Shown: positions 1 through 13,959, numbered from the whole stretch's first letter. The stretch is DNA of 63,478 bases, filler included, from Octopus bimaculoides (GCF_001194135.2; 4 parts of 4 records of this genome joined end to end with filler, not necessarily neighbours in it), one strand, 5' to 3'. Numbers and translations are program-made. Notes: generated from the sequence alone by a model not told the origin.

Positions 1-129
1 TGTGTGTGTGTGTGTGTGTAATAACCTGTCGTCTAAATTACGTAAAAATGAAAATAACTGACATCTCATTTTAACAGATATAGTTACCAAAATTACTAAA
101 AATATCTTGAAATACTAATTAGTAAATGT

Positions 130-870
130 ATTCAATAAAATCGCCATTTGGCTTTAACCGCATCCTATAGACGAAATCGGAATCTCCTGCAACTATTCTG
201 GAAAGTTTCCTGGTTTAAGTTGGTCAATGTTGCCATAATCCTTGCCTTCAGTTCATCTTTGGTGTTACAAGGAGTTTTGTGGTCTCTCGCTCAACTACGC
301 CCCATATATAATAATCAAAAGTGTTGTAGTCTGAGAGTTAGGTGGCCAGATGTTAGGAGTGATGTGATCGCAGAAATTGTCTGACAGCCATAACTGTGTT
401 CATCTGCTTGTGTGACATGGTGCAGAGTTCTGTTGCTAGACATAGGGTCTTCTATCAGTCACCCTCTTGATCCAAGACAGCACTACGTCCTCCAGGCACT
501 TGATGTAGGCTTCTGTGTTGAGTCTGAAGCTGTGTGGAAAGATGAGTGGAAAGTCGCCATCGCTACTGTTCACTCCAAACCCCATGATATTGACTGAATG
601 TTTGATTTTTATCACTCTCGGTACATGTCTACGAATTGCCCTGTCCTCAGATTGACACCAAAATACTCTGAAATATTCGTACTGGAGCTTCGGGCGCGAA
701 TGCCAAGCAGTACAGCATGTGGTTTCCAAATTGCTGGCCGTCATGGTGTTTTTCTCACAGATGGTGTCCAACTGAACCAACTATACTGTGTAGTCAACAA
801 AACCAAAAACAAACAATGCGCGAAATTAAAAGTATAAAACGGCGACAATTTACCCATCGCAGCATGTATA
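130..870 (-). mobile_element. Degenerate Tc1/mariner-superfamily transposase, maT/DD37D-like
   Basis: Minus-strand peptides SSDGD..IFPH..RLNTEAYIKCLEDVVLSWIKRV..RPYV, LSDNFCDHITPNIWPPNS and KTPCNTKDELKARIMA..NGDFIE, broken by frameshifts. Confidence 0.75.
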
Positions 871-1228
871 TATAACATTGGTTGTGTGTATGGCTGTATC
901 AGTATGTATATATATATGTCAGTGTGTATGTATAGAGTAATGAAAAAAGTAGGAGAAACTATCTAAATATCCAAAAGTAGGTTGATATTTATGTTTGCAA
1001 CTGTCATATTTTATTCTTATAATCTCAATTTTCGCTACATTTTATTTAATCACTTTTAGATTCGTATCGCTTTTTCATCTGTAAACAGAGACATTTTGTG
1101 ATTGGCTATACGCGTAAATGTATGCGCCGGCATCTGTGAGCATGTGCATGCGTGTACGTTTGTTTGTATGAGTATGCAATATTTTATGTATGAGTGTGAG
1201 AAGGAGAATGTGTATGAATATAAGTGTG

Positions 1229-1264
<36 letters not shown>

Positions 1265-1284
1265 CTTACGATTTTTGCAGAAAT

Positions 1285-1655
1285 CTTTGTGGGCCATATT
1301 TATAATCATGCATCTATAATGGAACACAATTACAATGCATATCNNNNNNNNNNGCTAATACGTCCCGGTATTTCTTCTGGATATTTTTTCAGCCAGAACT
1401 GAGTTGCTACTAATCCATAATTATGGGAGATATCAGTATACAGGTTTGCAACATCAAAAGAGACCGTAAGTGTTTTTCCTCTACTCTTTTTGTGGGGTAG
1501 TTTAATACGGTCAAATCATCTCTAATGTAACTTTTAATGTATTTTAGAAGTGGTTTCAAGAAGTTCTGAATGAAGGAACTCAGTTGATGCGTTTCACAGG
1601 ATGGTCCAGCTATAATGGGCCTTAGTTTAAGGTCTCCTGGTGTTGGTATATGTAT
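1285..1655 (-). mobile_element. Penelope-like element reverse transcriptase fragment (N-terminal RT motifs)
   Basis: PGDLKLRPIIAGPSCETHQLSSFIQNFLKPLLKYIKSYIRDDL and QFWLKKYPEEIPGRIS match the PLE RT pattern LRPII...LKPL....SYIRD. Confidence 0.7.
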
Positions 1656-3639
1656 GTATGACACGCACACACATGTGTGTGTGTTTATGTTTGCTTGTGT
1701 GTATATGTATAAATATGTGTGTGTGCGAGTGTGTAAGTGTGTAAGTAAGTGTGTATGCGTGTGTATTTATGCATAAATGAAAAGGAGATATTATCTTCGT
1801 ATATCTAAATGTCATAAATGTTTTTTACTCTTTCTCCTTATTTCCAAGCATCTCTATATGTCTATCGCTGCTGAAGATGAGATGGGGCAAATGTTCTGCT
1901 AATGACTTGTGTCTACAGCTCTCCTACTGCCCAAAGGAAATCAAACTTTTCTTTAATGGCGTGTCCATTTTGTTGAGTTCTTTATTTCTTAGATTAACTC
2001 TCGTTTGTCAGTTTGAGTTGGTACCGACGATCGTAATAACAACAGTCTCTTCTTTATTTTCTATGATATGAAGAACTGTGTCTCATGGCTGATACGCTTC
2101 CTCCTCTCTCTCGTTCACTCTTTCTATCCATCCTCCTCTTTCATTCACTCACTATATTTCCTAGTTACAAAAGAGTATCTATCTTGATTCTCTTAAATGA
2201 CTTGAAATAAGATATCACATGAAAAGGTCCACTTCAGATCAAAATATGAATGTGTGTTTGGAATTTTGAAATTCCTTAACCTTCTTTTTGCCATTACAAT
2301 GAAATTTATAGATTGTTTACGATTTTACTTCTTAATTATTATTGCCCTACAACGACTGTCTCCTCACGTCCAAATAAGCGAAATGAATCAACTAATTATA
2401 TTGAAGCTCTCATATATGTGTGAAGGAGAAATATTCATATACCTATGTATGTGTGTGCCTGTGAGGGAATACTTATGATTGTATCTAAAATCTGATCGTA
2501 AGTAAACACTTTCATCAATAACAGTTTACTTAGTATTTCTATTTTCTTTAGACAAACATCCGTCACTTTAATTGTGCTCTGTTCCCATTACTTAGAAACA
2601 CAAACATTCGTGTCTCTAAGCAAGCCGGAAAACAATAAATAATATAAGGCAGAGAAGAAATGCTTTATGTTTTGCTTCATCCACCATATTAATCGTATGC
2701 GATTATATTACTTAGACTGAAGGGGAGAATTGTTTTTTAATGAGGCATGAAACCTATGGTAAATAGTGTTAAATGGTTTCTCCAGTGACATGAAGCCATT
2801 CTTATGATTGTCTACGAGGAGGAGAAAAATTCGAAACATTCATCAATTTGATTATAAGTCCTTATTGTAAACAGCATACAAAAGTTATTGTTGACTTCAA
2901 CGAGTTTACAGATTTTGGAACTTTAAACGAAAATATTTTTATGTGCATATCGAAATAGAGTCTAGGAAAATATTAAGAGACATCTGTGTCGCTTATATTT
3001 ATTCATTAATTTTTACTTTGTTTTGTTTGAAAACAGTGATCATAATAATAGTGATATAGGATGTTTTGCAATATGATGAGAAGATGATAAAATTTATAAA
3101 TAAATGTATTATTGGAAACCGGAAATGAGACATTTACACGGATGTCTTAGAAAATAGCATTGCAAAAATAAAATAAAGAGCAAAAATGGTATTATTATAG
3201 CTGAGAAGTTAATATACATAGATACTTTTTACCCTATCAAAGCTAACCACCATTATTGAAAAACAAAACAAAATGAAACTTTTCTCCATCGTTTGTGACT
3301 TCCGTTCTCTATCATAACTTCACACCCCAAACAGACTTCCGTCACTTTTGTATTAACATATTGCACTGTGTTAATATATGGGGGCAATACAGATATAGAC
3401 AAAATAGTTTATTGTATCTTTATATTTCTAACACAGAAGATCCATTCTTTTGTTATTCAATTTCCTTTGTAACCCGGAGAAAAGACGAAATGAAAAGTAC
3501 GCTTCCTCCGAAAAATTGTACAGTGTCCAATTCTGAACGGCAAATACAGGAGTCATCGGCCAAATATTCTCATCAACGTATATTGAGATGTATTACGTAG
3601 TAATTTTACTATTTGTACACCCTTTTGTATATATACGTA

Positions 3640-4497
3640 TACGAAGTGTAGTAAAAAGTATGCGATCTTGATTTTTTTTTGCACAAAATAATGCGTCAGC
3701 AAAATTTCAATGAGTATTAAGTGACCGCGTCCTTCCTGAGCATGCGCAAAAAATTTCGTATCTGTAGGTTGCGCCATTCGCCCGCAGTGACTCGTTGAGT
3801 ACAGTCGTGCGATTTCTCTTTATGAGTGAAGATGACCGAGCTCATTGAGCAAAGATACTATATCAAATTCTGCCAAAAACTTGGTGATAAGCAAGCCCAG
3901 ATTATTGAGAAGATTCAGAAGGCCTTTGGAGATGATGCTAGGGGAAAAACACAAATAAAGGAGTGGTGCAACAAGTTCAAATAAAGCTGCACCCCAGTGG
4001 ACAGTGAGCTACGTTGTGGCCAGACAATTGACAAAGAATACTACCTGGGGGTTCTTCGTCGCTTTCGTGAAGTTGTGCGGCGAAAACGACCCGACTTGTG
4101 GGCAGCAAAGAACTGTCAACTCCACCATGACAACACACCCGCTCATTCCACCCACGTCGTCCAAGCATTCTTCGTCAAACAAAACATGCCACTTGTTCGT
4201 CAGGTTTCCTACTCCCCAAACTTGGCTCCGTGTGACTTTTGGCTATTCCCAAAGCTCAAAAAACACTCAAGGGAGAAGATTTGAGTTAACAGAGGACATT
4301 AAGCAAAATTCGACGGCACAGATCTACAGCATCCCAAAAGTAATTTCCAGAAATATTCCAGCAGTGACAGGAACACTAGCAAAAGTGTGTAGACTCCGAA
4401 GGCGAATACTTTGAATAAGACTAAATCAAAACGGCTAATTGTTTAATATCACTTGTTTTTCGGCCAAAAGTTGGATACCTTTTGACTACACCTCGTA
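3640..4497 (+). mobile_element. Internally deleted mariner (DD34D) element with both TIRs and TA target duplication
   Basis: TIRs CGAAGTGTAGTAAAAAGT (from 3642) and ACCTTTTGACTACACCTCG (to 4495), flanked by TA. The N-terminal EQRYYIKFCQKLG segment is fused to GQTIDKEYYL..HHDNTPAH..YSPNLAPCDFWLFPKLK. Confidence 0.9.
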
Positions 4498-5436
4498 TAC
4501 GTATATATNNNNNNNNNNNNNNNNNNNNNNNNNNNNNNNNNNNNNNNNNNNNNNNNNNNNNNNNNNNNNNNNNNNNNNNNNNNNNNNNNNNNNNNNNNNN
4601 NNNNNNNNNNNNNNNNNNNNNNNNNNNNNNNNNNATATATATATATATATATATAACCATACACACATATATGCACACACAACACATACACATACACACA
4701 TATAAATATATAAGTAATAACTTTACATGCGAGTAAACACCTTGTAGTATATTGTTTAAAGTCTGTCCACTGTGTTCAGCTACCTGATCTCAAGAACAGT
4801 ATGGAGGTATATTAAGCACAGAATTTATTTCAAGGAATTTCTTTGTGTCTGTAGAGCTTATACGAAAAGATGAGAGACAGAAAATGAAATTCACGAGGCT
4901 CTTCATTCAGAACCACTACCATTGTTTCGACTGATCGTGCATCCGTACCTTGCAGGTGAGATGCTGTGCAATAAATTATCATCCATCACAGGTTCAAATG
5001 CGTCTCCTCACGTGATTTCTCAAAACGCACCTCATTTTTTTACTTGCTGTTTCGTTTATTTCTGTAACAATACAATTTAGTTAACGTAGCGTTTCATCCG
5101 TCTCCTCAGTGAGACCAGCTATTAAAAAGAGGAAGGAATTATATGAAGCAGGATCGTTACAATAGCAACATCAGTCTGCGCATGTCGCCTTTCACCTTTC
5201 ACCTTTCTTCCCCTTCCAACTTCCTTCCTCACACATCTGAGCAACAACTTTGCAAACCTAGCTTTTCCAAATGTCCTGCAGAAGGAGGTTATAGCCCAGA
5301 AATATAGAAATTCAAAGTAAAACTACAACTTCGTTTCAGTTTCTTTTTCTGTTGTAGTCTATTTTATACCTTCTCACATTGTTCCGTCCTTACATAACAA
5401 ATCTCTTTAAATATACAATATATATAATGTGGGTGG

Positions 5437-5469
<33 letters not shown>

Positions 5470-5473
<4 letters not shown>

Positions 5474-5784
5474 GGGGTTGGAAAAAATAATGAAAACACC
5501 TAATATCATAGCATCATAATTTTGAAATATCTATATTTTGAGAAGGAGAGAAAAACCTCCTTGTCGAATGACAACTCCGGAAGAAAACCAAAACTTTCGG
5601 ATAGGGACCGTCGGGCTCTTACGCGAATTGTTAGAAAGGATCACAAAAGTACAGCTCCCAAATTTACTGCACGGCTTAATGACCACCTCGAGAACCCCGT
5701 TTCCACAAAAACTGTTCGCCGGTAGCTGCACAAAGCCGGATTTCACGGGAGGGCTGCAGTCAGAAAACCACTACTTTCAAAAAC

Positions 5785-5788
<4 letters not shown>
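5470..5788 (+). mobile_element. Tc1-like element, 5' end with HTH-region transposase fragment, ending at a (GATA)n tract
   Basis: TIR-like AGGGGTTGGAAAAAATAATGAAAACACCT; peptide SGRKPKLSDRDRRALTRIVRKDHKSTA..VSTKTVRR*LHKAGFHGRAAVRKPLLS. Confidence 0.8.

Positions 5789-5832
<44 letters not shown>
5788..5832. repeat. (GATA)n microsatellite
   Basis: Directly visible. Confidence 0.95.
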
Positions 5833-5834
<2 letters not shown>

Positions 5835-6740
5835 TGTATGCATGAGTGTGCGCGCTCGTGTGTGTAATATTATATTTCTCTGTGTAACATGCTAAAGTAG
5901 ACATTTCATTGAACTCCTGTTAAACTGCGGTATTCGTCCCGAAGATGTCGCGAGTAGCCAGTAGGCTACTTGCAACATCATTGATATTTCAGTCACTGTT
6001 TAACTGTATCAGTAGTTGGTAATTGTGACGGAAGTTATTGAACATAGATTTACAACTGTCACAGTGATCAGAGGTCTTTTTGTTTTTTTTCAATACATCT
6101 CCATAATGCTCATAAACAGTATTGAAAGACTGTGCGTGTGAACGAACTCTTGCAAGAAAAAAGTCAATAATTTCAAAAGTTTGTAAAAGCGAAGAATTCT
6201 GCAACTAAGGGAAACTAGTTTCAGTTGTCAATAATTTGATCCTTGAACTGCTAATTTCCCAGTTGAAGGAAAATACATATGTGACGCAGATAATCTTAAA
6301 CATGGTAATCTGACTGTTTATAAGGAGTAGTTAAGTATGGGAAAGATTGAGTTGTTTTATAGGGAGCAGTTCTGGCGATAGGCATATCGGAGTTTATTTT
6401 TGCTGAAAAACGCTTAACTGGTCCAAAATAATGTTAAATAATTCAAAAGGGTCTGCAATCCATATATTGCCATGAAAGAATTGATAAAACCAATCTTTAA
6501 CAAAGCATTGGAGACCCATGTTACACAAGCAAAACATCACAAGCTTGGAACAGATTTCCCTGAATAAAATCTCTAATTTTTTCAAAGCTCGATTTAATCC
6601 GACTTAATCCAGCACGTAACAAACGGGAACATGTTGATAGGTAATTGCAAGCAAGATCTCTGGGATTTACATCAATAACAGAGCTGGAGAGCCAAATCGA
6701 GGGAAAGCCATAATATCAACGAACACAGGATCTACAAAAT

Positions 6741-6951
6741 ATTGATTTCAAATTTTGGTACAAGGCCAGCAATTTCGCAGAAAGGGATAGGCCGGTTTCA
6801 TCGAGCCCAGTGTTCAACTGGTAATTATTGGTACTTATTGATGAAAGGTGAAGTCGATTTCGGCGGAATTTGAAATCAGAACGTAGAGACGGATAAAATG
6901 CTGCTAAGCATTTTGACCGGTGCGGTAACAATTATCCCAGCTCAACGCCTT
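6741..6951 (-). mobile_element. SINE family B (Octopus-type; head AAGGCGGCGAGCTGGCAGAA)
   Basis: Reverse complement matches the copies at 9407, 13960 and 62467 (GAGTTCAAATTCCGCCGAGGTCGAC-like B-box region). Confidence 0.7.
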
Positions 6952-7242
6952 GAAGGACCTACAAAATATTAAAGCACAATTTCATTAATTTTGAATGGAT
7001 TTTTATGAAGTCGTAGAGTATTTAAGCTGGTAATAGAGTACCTGTACTCTACTGTATATGTGTGTTTGTGTGTGTAACACTATGTATATGAGAATTATAT
7101 ATTTATACACACACACACATACACACACACGCACACACACGCATATATATAATATATATTATATATATAACGATATATACGGGTATATTTATTGATGTAC
7201 ATACATATAATAATATAGAAAAAAATATATAAATATACAGAT

Positions 7243-7617
7243 GCAGGCGTGACTGTGTGGTAAGAAGTTTGCTTTCCAACCACACGGTTCCAGGTTCATT
7301 CCCGCTGTGTGGCACTTTAGGCAAGTGTCTTCTACTATAGCCTCGGGCCGAATAAATCTTTGTGAGTGGATTTGGTAGACGGAAACTGAAAGAAGCCCAT
7401 CGTACATATATATTCATATTTGTGTGTCTGTGTTTGTCCCCTCCCCTATCATCCCTTGACAACTGATGTTGGTGTGTTTATGTCTCTGTGACTTAGCGGT
7501 TCAGCAAAAGAGACCGATAGAATAAGTACTAAGCTTATGTCCTTGGGTCGATTTGTTCGACTAAAGGTGGTGCTCCAGCATGACCGCAGTCAAATGACTG
7601 AAACAAGTAAAAGAAAA
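7243..7617 (+). mobile_element. SINE family A (tRNA-derived head, CORE-like GGCACYTTGGGCAAG motif), near full length
   Basis: Matches the copies at 31655, 34598 and 47427; A-box/B-box-like GGCTGTGTGG..GGTTCARTCC head. Confidence 0.75.
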
Positions 7618-7639
7618 TATATATACATATGTATGTATG

Positions 7640-7675
<36 letters not shown>

Positions 7676-8015
7676 GATAGAGGAGATATATACACACACA
7701 CATAATGTATGTGTATGTGTGTATGATAGAGAAAGAAAAACGGAGGAAATATTAAATTGACATATATGATTGTACACAGACTTTTGTTGACCTGTTTCAA
7801 CGGGTTTCGCTTCCTGTATACCACCTGTGTGATATCTTATAAGTAACATTTGAACTATTCATACACGCACATATATAAACTGATGCGCAATCATATACAC
7901 ACTCACGTACATACACACTCACATAGAGGGGTATTTATATGTCTATGTAGATACATACATGCATACTCACACATACATACGTATACTCACACACACACAC
8001 ACACANNNNNNNNNN

Positions 8016-8053
<38 letters not shown>

Positions 8054-8119
8054 GAATATGTATAAACATAGATATATGCGTGTGTGTGTGTGTGTGTGCA
8101 TAGACAGAAAAATAAACAA

Positions 8120-8156
<37 letters not shown>

Positions 8157-9321
8157 GAGATAGAGAGATAGATAGATGAGGAAAAGCTGGCCCACATTCC
8201 GTGCTCACTATCTCGTTTGCATAGAGAAATTTAGACATAATTTTTGTCATTTGTCATCAATGCTGTATATACACGTGCATTTTAGCAAAATCGACTTTGA
8301 CTAACGGCACTTCTATACACACACACTTATTGTTGTTTTTGTGGAACTATTTTCGTTGTCGTTGTTGTTGTTGTCGTCATTTTACTTTGATATTTACACA
8401 GCTGCAGCTTTTTTGTTTGCATTGTATTTTTTTTTAATCTATTGTGGTTGTTGGTCTTTTATTTGTCATTGCTGTCGGTGTTGTTTTTCGCCGTTATCTT
8501 TATTATTTATCATGATAAAAGGGGCAGTGATTTAGCAGAAGCGGCAGAATGCTGACCTAATTGCAGTCTTGTTCTTTATTATTTTGCGTTCAAATCCGGT
8601 CGGTTCGTTTCTAACTGCCATCGCTGCATAATCAGCATTATAAGAACCAGTAATATGCCAGTGTGTTAGTATTGGGGCGAAAATGGCTCTTGGATGTTGT
8701 GTCTGCAATCTGATCTCAAAGAAGATTGTGTTACTCAAAGTAAAGAAGAATTTTATACGAAAGTACGAAAGTACAAAACCTGTTTGTTGTGCCTTCTGTT
8801 AATAAAGATCCTAGAGTAAAGAAAACAGCGATCCTCTCTCACTTCAATAGTTGTGGTTATATTGGATTCAGCTCAGAGTTGATATGTGTCGGCTTTCATC
8901 GTCTCTTTGACAAACTCTTTGAACGAAAGCTATCGTGGAAACAGTGGGTTTTGAGAGTCTATCCTGTTTACCTTCACTTCTTAGACGAATTTCGACTAAA
9001 GAATTTATCAAGGTACCCGAAGTACTCGAAAGGTACACAATGTTTGTACGACTCTGGAAGCATAGATAATCTACCTTACAAACATTATTCATAAATGGCG
9101 AATGTATACACATGTATTTTGTTTAGCAATAGACGAGGAAATGCCGTGTGATATTCCTTCTGGATCCTTACATTTTGAATTCAAATCCTGCCAAGGTCAA
9201 CTATGGCATTCATTCTTCCGGGGTCGATAAAATAAAATAGCTACCCAGTTCTGGGGACGATGGTATTTACTAATCCTCTCCGCTAAAAAAAAACTGTTGG
9301 TCGTGTGTGTAAATTAGAAAG

Positions 9322-9323
<2 letters not shown>

Positions 9324-9390
<67 letters not shown>

Positions 9391-9402
9391 CATTATTATT
9401 AT
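9324..9402. repeat. (TTA)n microsatellite
   Basis: Directly visible. Confidence 0.95.
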
Positions 9403-9406
9403 AACT

Positions 9407-9600
9407 AAGAGTACGAGTTGGCAGAATCGTTAGCACGCCGGGGAAATGCCAAGCGGAATTTCGTCCGTCTTGAAGTTCTGATTTAAAGTTGGAGTTCTTA
9501 GTTGAACTTGAAATTCTGAGGTCGACTTTGCATTTCAACCTTCCGAAGTTGATAAAATAAGTTGATTGGGGTCGACTGGGGTCGATGTAAACAACTTTTC
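9407..9600 (+). mobile_element. SINE family B
   Basis: GAGTTGGCAGAATCGTTAGCACGCCGGG..GGTCGACTTTGC..GATAAAATAAGT..GGGGTCGAT. Confidence 0.75.
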
Positions 9601-9612
9601 CCTTTTGGGGTT

Positions 9613-9950
9613 AGTGGCGTACATTGGCTGGTAATATGCCACACGGTTTCACCGTTTTGTCTGCAGATTCTGCACTTATCACTTTCTGCTATGTTGTCTA
9701 TTCTGTATTTAATGTAGTTTGTTCTTCGTGCTTGCTCTTCGGCAGCACAGACTAGAGTCTCCGTTTCCGGTTTTAAATCACTTTTAGTCATCCACAGCCA
9801 TCGTTTTTTTCTCTGCCTGTCTGTCTTATCTTCAACATCCCTATGAAATTGACCATGCATTCTTTTCTTTACCCACCTATTTTCAGTTTCATTCGTCTTC
9901 AATTGCTTGTACAGTGCTTTATCTTTGCAATCTTTCATCTTACACATGCC
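9613..9950 (-). mobile_element. R4/Dong-clade non-LTR retrotransposon fragment (post-RT region with CCHC knuckle)
   Basis: W.KKRMHGQFHR..WLW..SDLKPETETLVCAAEEQA.RTN..CRICRQNGETVWHITSQC is characteristic of R4/Dong ORFs. Confidence 0.8.
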
Positions 9951-9966
9951 TGACCTTCTTACTTCT

Positions 9967-10117
<151 letters not shown>

Positions 10118-10118
<1 letters not shown>

Positions 10119-10300
10119 AGGCACCGAACTTACAGAATCGTTAACTAAATGTTTATCGACATTTCGTCTGTCTTTACATTCTGAGTTGAAAGTTAGCCGA
10201 GGTCAATTTTGCTTTTCATCCTTTCGGGGTCGATAAAATGAATACCAGTACAAGGGTCGCTGTGTTTGGTTTACTCTTAGCCCAAAATTTCAGGCCTTGT
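10118..10300 (+). mobile_element. SINE family B
   Basis: AAGGCACCGAACTTACAGAATCGTTA..CATCCTTTCGGGGTCGATAAAATGAATACCAG. Confidence 0.7.
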
Positions 10301-12324
10301 GCAATAATGTTTATTATTATTTGCTGCTAGCTTCAGACTGCCATGTTAAAATTCCGCTGCGATATTTCTCGATATTTTACCAGTGTCACTGGGGAAAGTA
10401 ATTTTCATTTTAGATCTTGTTTCACGTTTGGACTTTTAATAAATATTTTGGGAGGTCTACCCCTCACTGTGGTTATATAAAAAGTCGTCAGCTTTTTAAA
10501 ACTTTTTTTCATTTTAATTCTTTTTACTAATGTTGAGGCAAAAAAAAATTCTTTTTTCCCCAGATACACTTCTCAGAAACATTGTAGAGAAAGGGAAAAA
10601 AAACAAATTTTGAAATATATTGATGAACACACGGACAAATGAGAGAGAAGTTTTTTTTTTAATATGTAGCATAAAAAACAACGTGTTTTACGACAGCGAC
10701 AAGTGCCAGCCTAACACAGACCATCACAAAGAAAAAGGAACTGAGCTTTACCATAGAAATTGTCTAGGGAAGACTAGGGAACGGCCCTGGCAGATTTTGG
10801 AAGTGAAATCTCCTTTTTTGAGACAGTGAAAGCATATGGCACCATGTGTATTATGTCTTAAACAGAAGATGTGTGACCAAGCAGGCCAAAATCGTGCATG
10901 ATACACCTGCTCATAAGCTGGTCCTACATTATTTGGGAAGGAGAAACAAGACTGTGACTGTCTGGGAGAGCGGCGATGGTACCAACGACCGACTAGTAAT
11001 CATTATCGTAATACATAATGAAATGGTGTTTAGTACAGATATATATATANNNNNNNNNNNNNNNNNNNNNNNNNNNNNNNNNNNNNNNNNNNNNNNNNNN
11101 NNNNNNNNNNNNNNNNNNNNNNNNNNNNNNNNNNNNNNNNNNNNNNNNNNNNNNNNNNNNNNNNNNNNNNNNNNNNNNNNNNNNNNNNNNNNNNNNNNNN
11201 NNNNNNNNNNNNNNNNNNNNNNNNNNNNNNNNNNNNNNNNNNNNNNNNNNNNNNNNNNNNNNNNNNNNNNNNNNNNNNNNNNNNNNNNNNNNNNNNNNNN
11301 NNNNNNNNNNNNNNNNNNNNNNNNNNNNNNNNNNNNNNNNNNNNNNNNNNNNNNNNNNNNNNNNNNNNNNNNNNNNNNNNNNNNNNNNNNNNNNNNNNNN
11401 NNNNNNNNNNNNNNNNNNNNNNNNNNNNNNNNNNNNNNNNNNNNNNNNNNNNNNNNNNNGAACTTTAATGAAATTACATTTAAACAGAAGGAAATACTTT
11501 TAGAGTTTAGATCTAATTATAAAAATATGTCCTTCTCTTTAAATGTAATTTCATTAAATTTCTATATCTTTGTACAGCTGAAGATTGCTCTACATTTTAT
11601 ATTTGATGTAATGTTTACATTGCTCAATTAAATGGAGTCGCATGAAACGATCGTACTGCATTAACTTTGGATATCCTTGTTGCTTATTTTGATATATATA
11701 TCACCTGACTACATATTGCAAAACATACGAGTCTTTATACACGTCCTTATGGTCCCGCAAGACCACAAACCAATACCTGAGCTGCTATGTCCAGTAGAGC
11801 AATGAGGAGTAGAGCAGAAAACTTATTATCCAAAGGAGACGGCCCAGCTGCCAGACATGTAACAGTAAATGCCATTTAAGTTCCTTTTGCACTGAGAGCT
11901 TAAAAAAAGCAAATGCAACAAAAATATTAACAAATCATGGAGATTGCCTGTCCTAAGGTAAATTAAATTGCCAACAACTAAAGCAAGACCAGAGCGACCA
12001 GAAAGCACCCCCCCCCCATTATTGGAGATACGAACCCAACCACATATGAGAATAGTAGTACAGAGAAATCGAAGAGGGTGAACACACTTTACAAAAAGGA
12101 AACGAATAAAGAACAAACGAAAAAGTCAAAGAAAGCTATTAAAATGCAAGAAGTATAGTCTTGTAAAAAGAAAGAGACTCTCTACACAGAGCAAGAATTC
12201 ATACCTCATAGAGTTGGGTACTACCCTGTGAGGAGGAACCATTCTCACATGTGAATGAATGAAATGAAATTAACAGCCATTCACAAGACCGACAAAGCTC
12301 TAAGACACGATAATAACAATAGTG

Positions 12325-12488
12325 TTTTCGAATGTTGGCACAAGGATTACTGATTTAGGGAAAGGGGGAAAGCCGATTAACTCGACCCTAGTGCGTGATT
12401 GGTATTTATTTTATTGATCCCGAAAGGATAAAAGGCAAAGTCGATCTTGGTGAAATGTGAACTCGGAAGGTAAAGACGGACGACGTGT
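12325..12488 (-). mobile_element. SINE family B, partial
   Basis: Reverse complement of the CATCCTTTCGGGATCAATAAAATAAATACCA module. Confidence 0.65.
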
Positions 12489-12835
12489 ATAATTTGTCTG
12501 TCTTACAAGTCACGGCTTTGTAAGTTCCCTATTTAACGTTTCTTTGCATTTTTTTTGTTCATTTTCGAACCCTTGTGGCTAATAATGAAAAGATAATTCA
12601 TATTACACTTCTCCCTGCTCCTCCTGCTTCTTCTACTACTACTACTACTACTACTATCAATTTCTTCAGTTCCCTATCACAAGCAACTGGCTGATCTATA
12701 ACCTTATTCGTAAATGTTTGATCTCACTATCTTCAAAGTATGAGGTCGAAGGTCAAGCTGATTGACTGCAAACATCTGTGCCCTGTCTGCGTTAGTCTGT
12801 GTATGTGTACTTGTGTGTTTGCGTGCGTATTTGGA

Positions 12836-12945
<110 letters not shown>

Positions 12946-13307
12946 GTGTGCGCGTGTATGCGTGTTCGTGTTCGTGTGCGTATGTGTATAGCAATGTAGG
13001 CATCATTTTGGGTCATGTGTATTGTACGTTTGTGTGTTAATTTTCCTTAAAGTGCCTGTATCTGCGTGCGTATACGTGTGCGTATAGAAGTCACTTTTAA
13101 CTATTTTCCTTGTTTCATTCATTAGCTACATTCATGCTGGAGTAGCGTCTTGAAGGATTTGTAGTCCACTCCAGTACTTGCTTAAACAAATTTTGTTTAG
13201 CGCCGCTAAGTTTAGGGACATATATACAGACACATATCAGTATACGGAAACACACATATACATACTTCATATATAACGCTTTTATAACGGCAGCACGTTT
13301 TAGACCA

Positions 13308-13365
13308 GTGCTCCGCAACCGATATGCCGCGGCACACTGGTGTGCCGTGAGACGATGCTAGGTCT
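13308..13365 (+). mobile_element. Probable hAT-type transposon end fragment
   Basis: CAGTGCTCCGCAACC..GCCGCGGCACACTGGTGTGCCGTGAGA resembles CAGTG-starting hAT termini; no second end found. Confidence 0.35.
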
Positions 13366-13959
13366 TCCACAGTGTCGTCTGAATATAATTTTTTCCACTA
13401 TACTTTTAGTTATTGCAATGTTATTATCATTCCGAATATGTTTGATGCACGTTCGAACTTGGCAACATGCTACTCACTGCATTTTGCCACGGAGAATATA
13501 TCTCGCTTGTTGACAAATGGTGTGTATACACCTAGATCGGTTCTCAACGTCATCTACCTAGATTGTGAAATGCTAGCATTTCGGAGTAGTTATCGCCTCA
13601 TCGGTCACAGATACTAGGGAGAGGACACTACAAGATGAATTAAGAGATTACCCCTCTTATGCTTTTCCAGTCACCGTACTTTTATTTCAGGTGCGCTGCC
13701 GAATTTTAAACAGAATATATGTACCGCAAATGAAAAAAAGTTGCCGAGCAATGGTCTAGACTTCTGTACATTCCGCTCCCTCGGGAGTGGGGAACTCGTA
13801 GACTGCCCCAGTAGCACACACTTTAGCTATGCCAATATAGGGAGGCATACCTAGTCGATTATATTGACCCCTGTGGTTGATTGCTAGCTTAGGTTTATTA
13901 GATTTGAATAAAGAACATGAGGAGCTGTTTGTAAATTTCGCAAAGTATTTTGTCCAAGT

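Noticed and set aside
3295-3600. 101-aa ORF containing EDPFF, reminiscent of USP FDPFL
   Set aside because: The surrounding residues do not match VSITFDPFLYLxVPLP, and there is no suitable donor site.
5946-5980. Hairpin TGTCGCGAGTAGCC-agta-GGCTACTTGCAACA preceded by CCGAAGA
   Set aside because: No GAAA box or helix III follows, so it cannot be called a hammerhead.
6300-6600. WIADPF motif suggesting a hAT transposase relic
   Set aside because: A single short motif with no other support.
7243-7320. tRNA-like A/B boxes in SINE heads
   Set aside because: No complete cloverleaf; these are SINE heads, not tRNA genes.
8530-9115. Possible very old RT relic on the minus strand (FFEIRL..IFAPIL, YNADYAAM)
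   Set aside because: The motif similarity is too weak to support without an HMM search.
10620-11040. Coding-looking stretch with ORFs running into a gap
   Set aside because: Stops in all frames and no recognisable family; the ORF length is inflated by Ns.
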